A stretch of DNA of 64,000 nt from Eledone cirrhosa. Lineage: Eukaryota. A model generated the notes under the pieces. The model made no database searches. It saw only the letters and a list, made by a program, of their open reading frames with translations, and was not told where the DNA came from. The position numbers and the translations under genes are program-made. Location of the stretch: contig OZ024742.1 of the NCBI GenBank assembly GCA_964016885.1, positions 377,952,001 to 378,016,000 on the forward strand. The letters run 5' to 3'. Shown piece by piece: positions 45,901 through 57,719 of the stretch; the first letter of the stretch is position 1, and every line of letters starts with the position of its first letter.

Positions 45901-47990
45901 ATATTTCTACTTCTGTCACTTGTTAAACTACCCCAACAGAAGAATAGAACACATTTCTACTTCTGTCACTTGTTAAACTATCTCTAAAGAAGACTAGAAC
46001 ATATTTCCACTTCTGTCACATGTTAAACTATCTCTGCAGAAGACTAGAACATAGTTCTACTCCTGTCACTCGTTAAATTATCTCTACAGAAGACTAGAAA
46101 ATAATTCTACTTCTTTCACATGTTAAACTATCTCTACAGAAGACTAGAACATAGTTCTACTTCTTTCACATGTTAAACCATCTCTACAGAAGACTAGAAC
46201 ATATTTCTATTATTGTCACTTGTTAACTTATCTCTACAGAAGACTAGAACATAATTCTACTTCTGTCACTTGTTAAACTATCTCTACAGAAGACTAGAAC
46301 ATAATTCTACTTCTGTCACTTGTTAAACTATCTCTACAGAAGACTAGAACATAGAACATATTTCTACTTCTGTCACTTGTTAAACTATCTCTACAGAAGA
46401 CTAAAACATATTTCTACTTCTGTCACTTGTTAAACTATCTCTACAGAAGACTAGAACATAATTCTACTTCTTTCACTTGTTAAACTATCTCTACAGAAGA
46501 CTAGAACATAATTATACTTCTCTCACTTGTTAAACTATCTCTACAGAAGACTAGAACATAATTCCACTTCTGTAACTTGTTAAACTATCTCTACAGAATA
46601 CTAGAACTTACTTCTACTTCTGTCACATGATAAACTATCTCTACAGAAGACTAGAACATATTTCTACTTCTGTCACTTGTTAAACTATCTCTACAGAAGA
46701 CTAGAACATATTTCTACTTCTGTCACTTGTTAAACTATCTCTACAGAAGACTAGAACATAATTCTACTTCTGTCACTTGTTAAACTATATCTACAGAAGA
46801 CTAGAACATAATTCTACTTCTTTCACTTGTTAAACTATCTCTACAGAAGACTAGAACATAATTCTACTTCTTTCACTTGTTAATCTATCTCTACAGAAGA
46901 CTAGAACATAATTCTACTTCTGTCACTTGTTAAAATATCTCTACAGAAGACTAGAACTAATTTCTACATCTGTCAGTTGTTAAACTATCACTAAAGAAGA
47001 CTTGAACATATTTCTACTTCTGTCACTTGTTAAACTATCTCTACAGAAGACTAGAACATAGAACATATTTCTGCTTCTGTCACTTGTTAAAGTATCTCTA
47101 CAGAAGACTAGAACATATTACTACTTCTGTCACTTGTTAAACTATCTCTACAGAAGACTAGAACATATTTCTACTACTGTCCCTTGTTAAACTCTCTCTA
47201 CAGAAGACTAGAACATATTTCTACTACTGTCCCTTGTTAAACTATCTCTACAGAAGACTAGAACATATTTCTACTTCTGTCACTTGTTAAACTATCTCTA
47301 CAGAATACTACGACATATTTCTACATCTGTCACTTGTTAAACTATCTCTACAGAAGGCTAGAACATATTTCTTCTTCTGTTACTTGTCACACTATCTCTA
47401 CAGAAGACTAGAACATAATTCTACTTCTGTCACTTGTTAACCTATCTCTACAGAAGACTAGAACATGATTCTACTACTCTCACTTGTTAAACTACCACTA
47501 CAGAAGACAAGAACATATTTCTACTTCTGTCACTTGTTAAACTACCCCAACAGAAGAATAGAACACATTTCTACTTCTGTCACTTGTTAAACTATCTCTA
47601 AAGAAGACTAGAACATATTTCCACTTCTGTCACATGTTAAACTATCTCTGCAGAAGACTAGAACATAGTTCTACTCCTGTCACTCGTTAAATTATCTCTA
47701 CAGAAGACTAGAAAATAATTCTACTTCTTTCACATGTTAAACTATCTCTACAGAAGACTAGAACATAATTCTACTTCTTTCACATGTTAAACCATCTCTA
47801 CAGAAGACTAGAACATATTTCTACTATTGTCACTTGTTAACTTATCTCTACAGAAGACTAGAACATAATTCTACTTCTGTCACTTGTTAAACTATCTCTA
47901 CAGAAGACTAGAACATAATTCTACTTCTGTCACTTGTTAAACTATCTCTACAGAAGACTAGACCATAGAACATATTTCTACTTCTGTCAC
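42950..47990 (+). repeat. Higher-order repeat of about 1.6-1.7 kb (32-33 monomers), about 3 copies
   Basis: CTACGAC at 44031, 45694 and 47308 (spacing 1663, 1614). The module CCACTTCTGTAAC / GAATACTAGAACTTACTTC / CATGATAAAC recurs at ~43240, ~44850 and ~46560. Confidence 0.85.
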
Positions 47991-49989
47991 TTGTTAAACT
48001 ATCTCTACAGAAGACTAGAACATAATTCTACTTCTTTCACTTGTTAAACTATCTCTACAGAAGACTAGAACTTAATTCTACTTCTTTCACTTGTTAAACT
48101 ATCTCTGCAGAAGACTAGAACATAGTTCTACTTCTGTCACTTGTTAAACTATCTCTACAGAAGACTAGAACGTAGAACATATTTCTACTTCTGTCACTTG
48201 TTAAACTATCTCTACATAAGACTAAATCATATTTCTACTTCTGTCACTTGTTAAACTATCTCTACAGAAGACTAGAACATAGAACATATTTCTACTTCTG
48301 TCACTTGTTAAACTATCTCTACAGAAGACTAAAACATATTTCTACTTCTGTCACTTGTTAAACTATCTCTACAGAAGACTAGAACATAATTCTACTTCTT
48401 TCACTTGTTAAACTATCTCTACAGAAGACTAGAACATAATTCTACTTCTGTCACTTGTTAAACTATCTCTACAGAAGACTAGAACATAATTCTACTTCTG
48501 TCACTTGTTAAACTATCTCTACAGAAGACTAGAACTAATTTCTACTTCTGTCAGTTGTTAAACTATCACTAAAGAAGACTTGAACATATTTCTACTTCTG
48601 TCACTTGTTAAACTATCTCTACAGAAGATTAGAACATAGAACATATTTCTGCTTCTGTCACTTGTTAAACTATCTCTACAGAAGTCTAGAACATAGAACC
48701 TATTTCTACTTCTGTCACTTGTTAAACTATCTCTACAGAAGACTAAAACATATGTCTACTTCTGTCACTTGTTAAACTATCTCTACAGAAGACTAGAACA
48801 TATTTCTACTTCTGTCACTTGTTAAACTATCTCTACAGAAGACTAGAACATATTTCTACTTCTGTCACTTGTTAAACTATCTCTACAGAAGACTAGAACG
48901 TAGAACATATTTCTACTTCTGTCACTTGTTAAACTATCTCTACAGAAGACTAGAACGTAGAACATATTTCTACTTCTGTCACTTGTTAAACTATCTCTAC
49001 ATAAGACTAAATCATATTACTACTTCTGTCACTTGTTAAACTATCTCTACAGAAGACAAAACATAATTCTACTTCTTTCACTTGTTAAACTATCTCTACA
49101 GAAGACTAGAACATAATTCTACTTCTTTCACTTGTTAAACTATCTCTACAGAAGACTAGAACATAATCCTACTTATGTCACTTGTTAAACTATCTCTACA
49201 GAAGACTAGAACATAATTCTACTTCTTTCACTTGTTAAACTATCTCTACAGAAGACTAGAACATAATTCTACTTCTGTCACATGTTAAACAATCTCTACA
49301 GAAGACTAGAACATATTTCTACTTCTGTCACTTGTTAAACTATCTCTACAGAAGACTAGAACATATTTCTACTTCTGTCACTTGTTAAACTATCTCTACA
49401 GAAGACTAGAACATAATTCTACTTCTGTCACTTGTTAAACTATCTCTACAGAAGACTAGAACATAATTCTACTTCTGTCACTTGTTAAACTATCTCTACA
49501 GAAGACTAGAACATATTTCTACTTCTGTCACTTGTTAAACTATCTCTACAGAAGACTAGAACGTAGAACATATTTCTACTTCTGTCACTTGTTAAACTAT
49601 CTCTACAGAAGACTAAATCATATTTCTACTTCTGTCACTTGTTAAACTATCTCTACAGAAGACAAAACATAATTCTACTACTTTCACTTGTTAAACTATC
49701 TCTACAGAAGACTAGAACATAATTCTACTTCTTTCACTTGTTAAACTATCTCTACAGAAGACTAGAACATGATTCTACTTCTGTCACTTGTTAAACTATC
49801 TCTACAGAAGACTAGAACATAATTCTACTTCTGTCACTTGTTAAACTATCTCTACAGAAGACTAGAACATATTTCTACTTCTGTCACTTGTTAAACTATC
49901 TCTACATAAGACTAAATCATATTTCTACTTCTGTCACTTGTTAAACTATCTCTACAGAAGACTAGAACATAATTCTACTTCTGTCACTT

Positions 49990-50044
49990 GTTAAACTATC
50001 TCTACAGAAGACTATGTTCTTGTCTTCTGTAGAGGTAGTTTAAC
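49990..50044. other. Orientation-switch (inversion) junction of the satellite, convergent, with 2-bp TA microhomology at 50013-50014
   Basis: Sequence reads ...TCTACAGAAGAC-TA-TGTTCTTGTCTTCTGTAGAGG... The forward consensus matches through 50014 and the reverse consensus matches from 50013. There are no inserted bases. Confidence 0.96.
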
Positions 50045-53000
50045 GAGTGACAGAAGTAGAAATATGTTCTAGTCCTCTGTAGAGATAGTTTAACAAGCGA
50101 CAGAAGTAGAAATATATTCTATGTTCTAGACTTCTGTAGAGATAGTTTAACAAGTGACAGAAGCAGAAATATGTTCTAGTCTTCTGTAGAGATAGTTTAA
50201 CAAGTGACAGAAGTAGAAATATGTTCTAGTCTTCTGTAGAGATAGTTTAACAAGGGACAGAATTAGAAATATGTTCTAGTCTTCTGTAGAGATAGTTTAA
50301 CAAGTGACAGAAGTAGAAATATGTTCTAGTCTTCTGTAGAGATAGTTTAACAAGTGACAGAAGTAGAAATATGCCATAGTCTTCTGTGGAGATAGTTTAA
50401 CAAGTGACAGAAGTAGAAATATTTTCTTGTCTTCTGTAGAGGTAGTTTAACGAGTGACAGAAGTAGAAATATGTTCTAGTCTTCAGTAGAGATAGTTTAA
50501 CAAGCGACAGAAGTAGAAATATGTTCTAGTCTTCTGTAGAGATAGTTTAACAAGTGACAGATTTAGAAATATGTTCTAGTCTTCTGTAGAGATAGTTTAA
50601 AAAGGGACAGAAGTAGAAATATGTTCTAGTCTTCTGTAGAGATAGTTTAACAAGTAGCAGAAGTAAAAATATGTTCTAGTCTTCTGTAGAGATAGTTTAA
50701 CAAGCGACAGAAGTAGAAATATGTTCTATGTTCTAGTCTTCTGTAGAGATAGTTTAACAAGTGACAGAAGTAGAAATATGTTCTAGTCTTCTGTAGAGAT
50801 AGTTTAACAAGTGACAGTAGTAGAAATATGTTCTAGTCTTCTGTAGAGATAGTTTAACAAGGGACAGAAGTAGAAATATGTTCTAGTCTTCTGTAGAGAT
50901 TGTTTAACAAGTGACAGATGTAGAAATATGTTCTAGTCTTCTGTAGAGATAGTTTAACAGGTGACAGAAGTAGTAATATGTTCTAGCCTTCTGTAGAGAT
51001 AGTTTAACAAGTGACAGAAGTAAAAATATGTTCTAGTCTTCTGTAGAGGTAGTTTAACAAGTGACACAAGTAGAAATATGTTCTATGTTCTAGTCTTCTG
51101 TCGAGATAGTTTAACAAGTGACAGAAGTAGAAATATGTTCTAGTCTTCTGTAGAGATAGTTTAACAAGTGACAGAAGTAGAAATATGTTCTACTCTTCTG
51201 TAGAGGTAGTTTAACAAGTGACAGAAGTAGAAATATGTTCTAGTCTTCTGTAGAGATAGTTTAACATGTGCCAGAAGTAGAAATATGTTCTAGTCTTCTG
51301 TAGAGATAGTTTAACAAGCGACAGAAGTAGAAATATGTTCTAGTCTTCTGTAGAGATAGTTTAACATGTGACAGAAGTAGAAATATATTCTAGTCTTCTG
51401 TAGAGATAGTTTAACACGTGACAGGAGTAGAAATATGTTCTACTCTTCTGTAGAGGTAGTTTAACAAGTGATAGAAGTAGAAATATGTTCTTGTCTTCTG
51501 TAGAGGTAGTTTAACGAGTGACAGAAGTAGAAATATGTTCTAGTCTTCTGTAGAGATAGTTTAACAAGTGACAGAAGTAGAAATATGTTCTAGTCTTCTG
51601 TAGAGATGGTTTAACAAGGGACAGATTTAGAAATATGTTCTAGTCTTCTGTAGAGATAGTTTAACAAGTGACAGAAGTAGAAATATGTTGTAGTCCTCTG
51701 TAGAGATAGTTTAACAAGTGACAGATGTAGAAATATGTTCTAGTCTTCTGTAGAGATAGTTTAACAGGTGACAGAAGTAGAAATATGTTCTAGTCTTCTG
51801 TAGAGATAGTTTAACATGTGACAGAAGTAGAAATATGTTCTTGTCTTCTGTAGAGGTAGTTTAACGAGTGACAGAAGTAGAAATATATTCTAGTCTTCTG
51901 TAGAGATAGTTTAACAAGCGACAGAAGTAGGAATATGTTCTAGTCTTCTGTAGAGATAGTTTTAAAAGGAACAGAAGTAGAAATATGTTCTAGTCTTCTG
52001 TAGAGATAGTTTAACAAGTGACAGAAGTAGAAATATGTTGTAGTCTTCTGTAGAGATAGTTTAACAAGTGACAGAAGTAGAAATATGTTCTAGTCTTCTG
52101 TAGAGATAGTTTAACAAGTGACAGAAGTAGAAATATGTTCTAGTCTTCTGTAGAGATAGTTTAACAAGTGACAGATTTAGAAATATGTTCTAGTCTTCTG
52201 TAGAGATAGTTTAAAAAGGGACAGAAGTAGAAATATGTTCTAGTCTTCTGTAGAGATAGTTTAACAAGTAGCAGAAGTAAAAATATGTTCTAGTCTTCTG
52301 TAGAGATAGTTTAACAAGCGACAGAAGTAGAAATATGTTCTATGTTCTAGTCTTCTGTAGAGATAGTTTAACAAGTGACAGAAGTAGAAATATGTTCTAG
52401 TCTTCTGTAGAGATAGTTTAACAAGTGACAGTAGTAGAAATATGTTCTAGTCTTCTGTAGAGATAGTTTAACAAGGGACAGAAGTAGAAATATGTTCTAG
52501 TCTTCTGTAGAGATAGTTTAACATGTGCCAGAAGTAGTAATATGTTATAGTCTTCTGTAGAGATAGTTTAACAAGTGACAGAAGTAGAAATATGTTCTAG
52601 TCTTCTGTAGAGATAGTATAACACGTGACAGGAGTAGAAATATGTTCTAGTCTTCTGTAGAGGTAGTTTAACTAGTGACACAAGTAGAAATTTGTTCTAT
52701 GTTCTATTCTTCTGTCGAGATAGTTTAACAAGTGACAGAAGTAGAAATATGTTCTAGTCTTCTGTAGAGATAGTTTAACAAGGGACAGAATTAGAAATAT
52801 GTTCTAGTCTTCTGTAGAGATAGTTTAACAAGTGACAGAAGTAGAAATATGTTGTAGTCCTCTGTAGATATAGTTTAACAAGTGACAGATGTAGAAATAT
52901 GTTCTAGTCTTCTGTAGAGATAGTTTAACATGTGACAGAAGTAGAAATATGTTCTTGTCTTCTGTAGAGGTAGTTTAACGAGTGACAGAAGTAGAAATAT

Positions 53001-55059
53001 ATTCTAGTCTTCTGTAGAGATAGTTTAACAAGCGACAGAAGTAGAAATATGTTCTAGTCTTCTGTAGAGATAGTTTTAAAAGGAACAGAAGTAGAAATAT
53101 GTTCTAGTCTTCTGTAGAGATAGTTTAACAAGTGACAGAAGTAGAAATATGTTCTAGTCTTCTGTAGAGATAGTTTAACAAGTGACAGAAGTAGAAATAT
53201 GTTCTAGTCTTCTGTAGAGATAGTTTAACAAGGGACAGAATTAGAAATATGTTCTAGTCTTCTGTAGAGATAGTTTAACAAGTGACAGAAGTAGAAATAT
53301 GTTGTAGTCTTCTGTAGAGATAGTTTAACAAGTGACAGAAGTAGAAATATGCCATAGTCTTCTGTGGAGATTGTTTAACAAGTGACAGAAGTAGAAATAT
53401 GTTCTTGTCTTCTGTAGAGGTAGTTTAACGAGTGACAGAAGTAGAAATATGTTCTAGTCTTCAGTAGAGATAGTTTAACAAGCGACAGAAGTAGAAATAT
53501 CTTCTAGTCTTCTGTAGAGATAGTTTAACAAGTGACAGATTTAGAAATATGTTCTAGTCTTCTGTAGAGATAGTTTAAAAAGGGACAGAAGTAGAAATAT
53601 GTTCTAGTCTTCTGTAGAGATAGTTTAACAAGTAGCAGAAGTAAAAATATGTTCTAGTCTTCTGTAGAGATAGTTTAACAAGCGACAGAAGTAGAAATAT
53701 GTTCTATGTTCTAGTCTTCTGTAGAGATAGTTTAACAAGTGACAGAAGTAGAAATATGTTCTAGTCTTCTGTAGAGATAGTTTAACAAGTGACAGTAGTA
53801 GAAATATGTTCTAGTCTTCTGTAGAGATAGTTTAACAAGGGACAGAAGTAGAAATATGTTCTAGTCTTCTGTAGAGATAGTTTAACATGTGCCAGAAGTA
53901 GAAATATGTTCTAGTCTTCTGTAGAGGTAGTTTAACAAGTGACACACGTAGAAATATGTTCTATGTTCTAGTCTTCTGTCGAGATAGTTTAACAAGTGAC
54001 AGAAGTAGAAATATGTTCTAGTCTTCTGTAGAGATAGTTTAACAAGTGACAGAAGTAGAAATATGTTCTACTCTTCTGTAGAGGTAGTTTAACAAGTGAC
54101 AGAAGTAGAAATATGTTCTAGTCTTCTGTAGAGATAGTTTAACATGTGACAGAAGTAGAGATATATTCTAGTCTTCTGTAGAGATAGTTTAACACGTGAC
54201 AGGAGTAGAAATATGTTCTTGTCTTCTGTAGAGATAGTTTAACAAGTGACAGAAGTAGAAATATGTTCTAGTCTTCTGTAGAGATAGTTTAACATGTGAC
54301 AGAAGTAGAAATATGTTCTAGTCTTCTGTAGAGATAGTTTAACATGTGACAGAAGTAGAAATATGTTCTTGTCTTCTGTAGAGGTAGTGTAACAAGGGAC
54401 AGAATTAGAAATATGTTCTAGTCTTCTGTAGAGATAGTTTAACAAGTGACAGAAGTAGAAATATGTTGTAGTCTTCTGTAGAGATAGTTTAACAAGTGAC
54501 AGATGTAGAAATATGTTCTAGTCTTCTGTAGAGATAGTTTAACATGTGACAGAAGTAGAAATATGTTCTAGTCTTCTGTAGAGATAGTTTAACATGTGAC
54601 AGAAGTAGAAATACTTTCTTGTCTTCTGTAGAGATAGTTTAACAAGTGACAGGAGTAGAAATATGTTCTAGTCTTCTGTAGAGATATTTTAACAAGTGAC
54701 AGGAGCAGAAATATGTTCTAGTCTTCTGTAGAGTTAGTTTAACAAGTGACAGAAGTAGAAATATATTCTAGTCTTCTGTAGAGATAGTGTAACAAGCGAC
54801 AGAAGTAGAAATATGTTCTAGTCTTCTGTAGAGATAGTTTTAAAAGGAACAGAAGTAGAAATATGTTCTAGTCTTCTGTAGAGATAGTTTAACAAGTGAC
54901 AGAAGTAGAAATATGTTCTAGTCTTCTGTAGAGATAGTTTAACAAGCGACAGATGTAGAAATATGTTCTATGTTCTAGTCTTCTGTAGAGTTAGTTTAAC
55001 AAGTGATACAAGTAGAAATATGTTCTAGTCTTCTGTAGAGATAGTTTAACGAGTGACAG

Positions 55060-55910
55060 GAGTAGAATTATGTTCTAGTCTTCTGTAGAGTTAGTTTAAC
55101 AAGTGACAGAAGTAGGATTATGTTCTAGTCTTCTGTAGAGTTAGTATAACATGTGACAGTAGTAGAAATATGTTCTAGTCTTCTGTAGAGATAGTTTAAC
55201 AAGTGACAGGAGTAGAAATATGTTCTAGTCTTCTGTAGAGATATTTTAACAAGTGACAGGAGTAGAAATATGTTCTAGTCTTCTGTAGAGTTAGTTTAAC
55301 AAGTGACAGAAGTAGAAATATGTTCTGGTCTTCTGTAGAGATAGTTTCACATGTGACAGAAGTAGAAATATGTTCTAGTCTTCTGTAGAGTTAGTTTAAC
55401 AAGTGACAGAAGTAGGATTATGTTCTAGTCTTCTGTAGAGTTAGTATAACATGTGACAGTAGTAGAAATATGTTCTAGTCTTCTGTAGAGATAGTTTAAC
55501 AAGTGACAGGAGTAGAAATATGTTCTAGTCTTCTGTAGAGATATCTTAACAAGTGACAGGAGTAGAAATATGTTCTAGTCTTCTGTAGAGTTAGTTTAAC
55601 AAGTGACAGAAGTAGAAATATGTTCTGGTCTTCTGTAGAGATAGTTTCACATGTGACAGAAGTAGAAATATGTTCTAGTCTTCTGTAGAGTTAGTTTAAC
55701 AAGTGACAGAAGTAGGATTATGTTCTAGTCTTCTGTAGAGTTAGTATAACATGTGACAGTAGTAGAAATATGTTCTAGTCTTCTGTAGAGATAGTTTAAC
55801 ATGTGACAGTAGTAGAAATATGTTCTAGTCTTCTGTAGAGATAGTTTAACAAGTGACAGGAGTAGAAATATGTTCTAGTCTTCTGTAGAGATATTTTAAC
55901 AAGTGACAGA
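55060..55910 (-). repeat. 300-bp (6-monomer) short HOR, just under 3 copies
   Basis: AGTAGGATTA at 55111, 55411 and 55711. TTAGTATAAC at 55141, 55441 and 55741. TGTTCTGGTC at 55321 and 55621. Confidence 0.9.
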
Positions 55911-57719
55911 AGTAGAAATATGTTCTAGTCTTCTGTAGAGATAGTTTAACAAGTGACAGGAGTAGAAATATGCCATAGTCTTCTGTGGAGATAGTTTAAC
56001 AAGTAGCAGAAGTAAAAATATGTTCTAGTCTTCTGTAGAGATAGTTTAACAAGCGACAGAAGTAGAAATATGTTCTATGTTCTAGTCTTCTGTAGAGATA
56101 GTTTAACAAGTGACAGAAGTAGAAATATGTTCTAGTCTTCTGTAGAGATAGTTTAACAAGTGACAGTAGTAGAAATATGTTCTAGTCTTCTGTAGAGATA
56201 GTTTAACAAGGGACAGAAGTAGAAATATGTTCTAGTCTTCTGTAGAGATTGTTTAACAAGCGACAGATGTAGAAATATGTTCTAGTCTTCTGTAGAGATA
56301 GTTTAAGAAGTGACAGAAGTAGTAATATGTTCTAGCCTTCTGTAGAGATAGTTTAACAAGTGACAGAAAGAAGTAAAAATATGTTCTAGTCTTCTGTAGA
56401 GGTAGTTTAACAAGTGACACAAGTAGAAATATGTTCTATGTTCTAGTCTTCTGTCGAGATAGTTTAACAAGTGACAGAAGTAGAAATATGTTCTAGTCTT
56501 CTGTAGAGATAGTTTAACAAGTGACAGAAGTAGAAATATGTTCTAGTCTTCTGTAGAGATAGTTTAACATGTGCCAGAAGTAGAAATATGTTCTAGTCTT
56601 CTGTAGAGATAGTTTAACAAGTGACAGAAGTAGAAATATGTTCTAGTCTTCTGTAGAGATAGTTTAACATGTGACAGAAGTAGAAATATGTTCTATGTTC
56701 TAGTCTTCTGTCGAGATAGTTTAACAAGTGACAGAAGTAGAAATATGTTCTAGTCTTCTGTAGAGATAGTTTAACATGTGCCAGAAGTAGAAATATGTTC
56801 TAGTCTTCTGTAGAGATAGTTTAACATGCGACAGAAGTAGAAATATGTTCTAGTCTTCTGTAGAGATAGTTTAACATGTGACAGAAGTAGAAATATATTC
56901 TAGTCTTCTGTAGAGAAAGTTTAACACGTGACAGGAGTAGAAATATGTTCTAGTCTTCTGTAGAGATAGTTTAACATGTGACAGAAGTAGAAATATGTTC
57001 TTGTCTTCTGTAGAGGTAGTTTAACGAGTGACAGAAGTAGAAATATATTCTAGTCTTCTGTAGAGATAGTTTAACACGTGACAGGAGTTTAAATATGTTC
57101 TAGTCTTCTGTAGAGATAGTTTAACAAGTGACAGAAGTAGAAACATGTCCTAGTCTTCTGTGGAGGTAGTTTAACAAGTGACAGAAGTAGAAATATGTTC
57201 TTGTCTTCTGTAGAGGTAGTTTAACGAGTGACAGAAGTAGAAATATGTTCTAGTCTTCTGTAGAGATAGTTTAACAAGTGACAGAAGTAGAAATATGTTC
57301 TAGTCTTCTGTAGAGATAGTTTAACAAGGGACAGAATTAGAAATATGTTCTAGTCTTCTGTAGAGATAGTTTAACAAGTGACAGAAGTAGAAATATGTTG
57401 TAGTCTTCTGTAGAGATAGTTTAACATGTGACAGATGTAGAAATATGTTCTAGTCTTCTATAGAGATAGTTTAACATGTGACAGAAGTAGAAATATGTTC
57501 TAGTCTTCTGTAGAGATAGTTTAACATGTGACAGAAGTAGAGATATGTTCTTGTCTTCTGTAGAGGTAGTTTAACGAGTGACAGAAGTAGAAATATATTC
57601 TAGTCTTCTGTAGAGATAGTTTAACAAGCGACAGAAGTAGAAATATGTTCTAGTCTTCTGTAGAGATAGTTTTAAAAGGAACAGAGGTAGAAATATGTTC
57701 TTGTCTTCTGTAGAGATAG

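Larger units (their letters stand above)
1..50014 (+). repeat. 50-bp tandem satellite array, forward orientation (subfamily A), about 980 monomers; continues beyond the left edge of the window
   Basis: Uninterrupted head-to-tail copies of TGTTAAACTATCTCTACAGAAGACTAGAACATAWTTCTACTTCTKTCACT (e.g. 1-50, 251-300). Frequent variants are CATAATT and CTTTCAC. 57-bp monomers carry a TAGAACA duplication. Confidence 0.99.

Noticed and set aside
49990-50044. Transposon terminal inverted repeats or TA target-site insertion at the junction
   Set aside because: There is no inserted element and no duplicated target site. The TA is a single shared microhomology.
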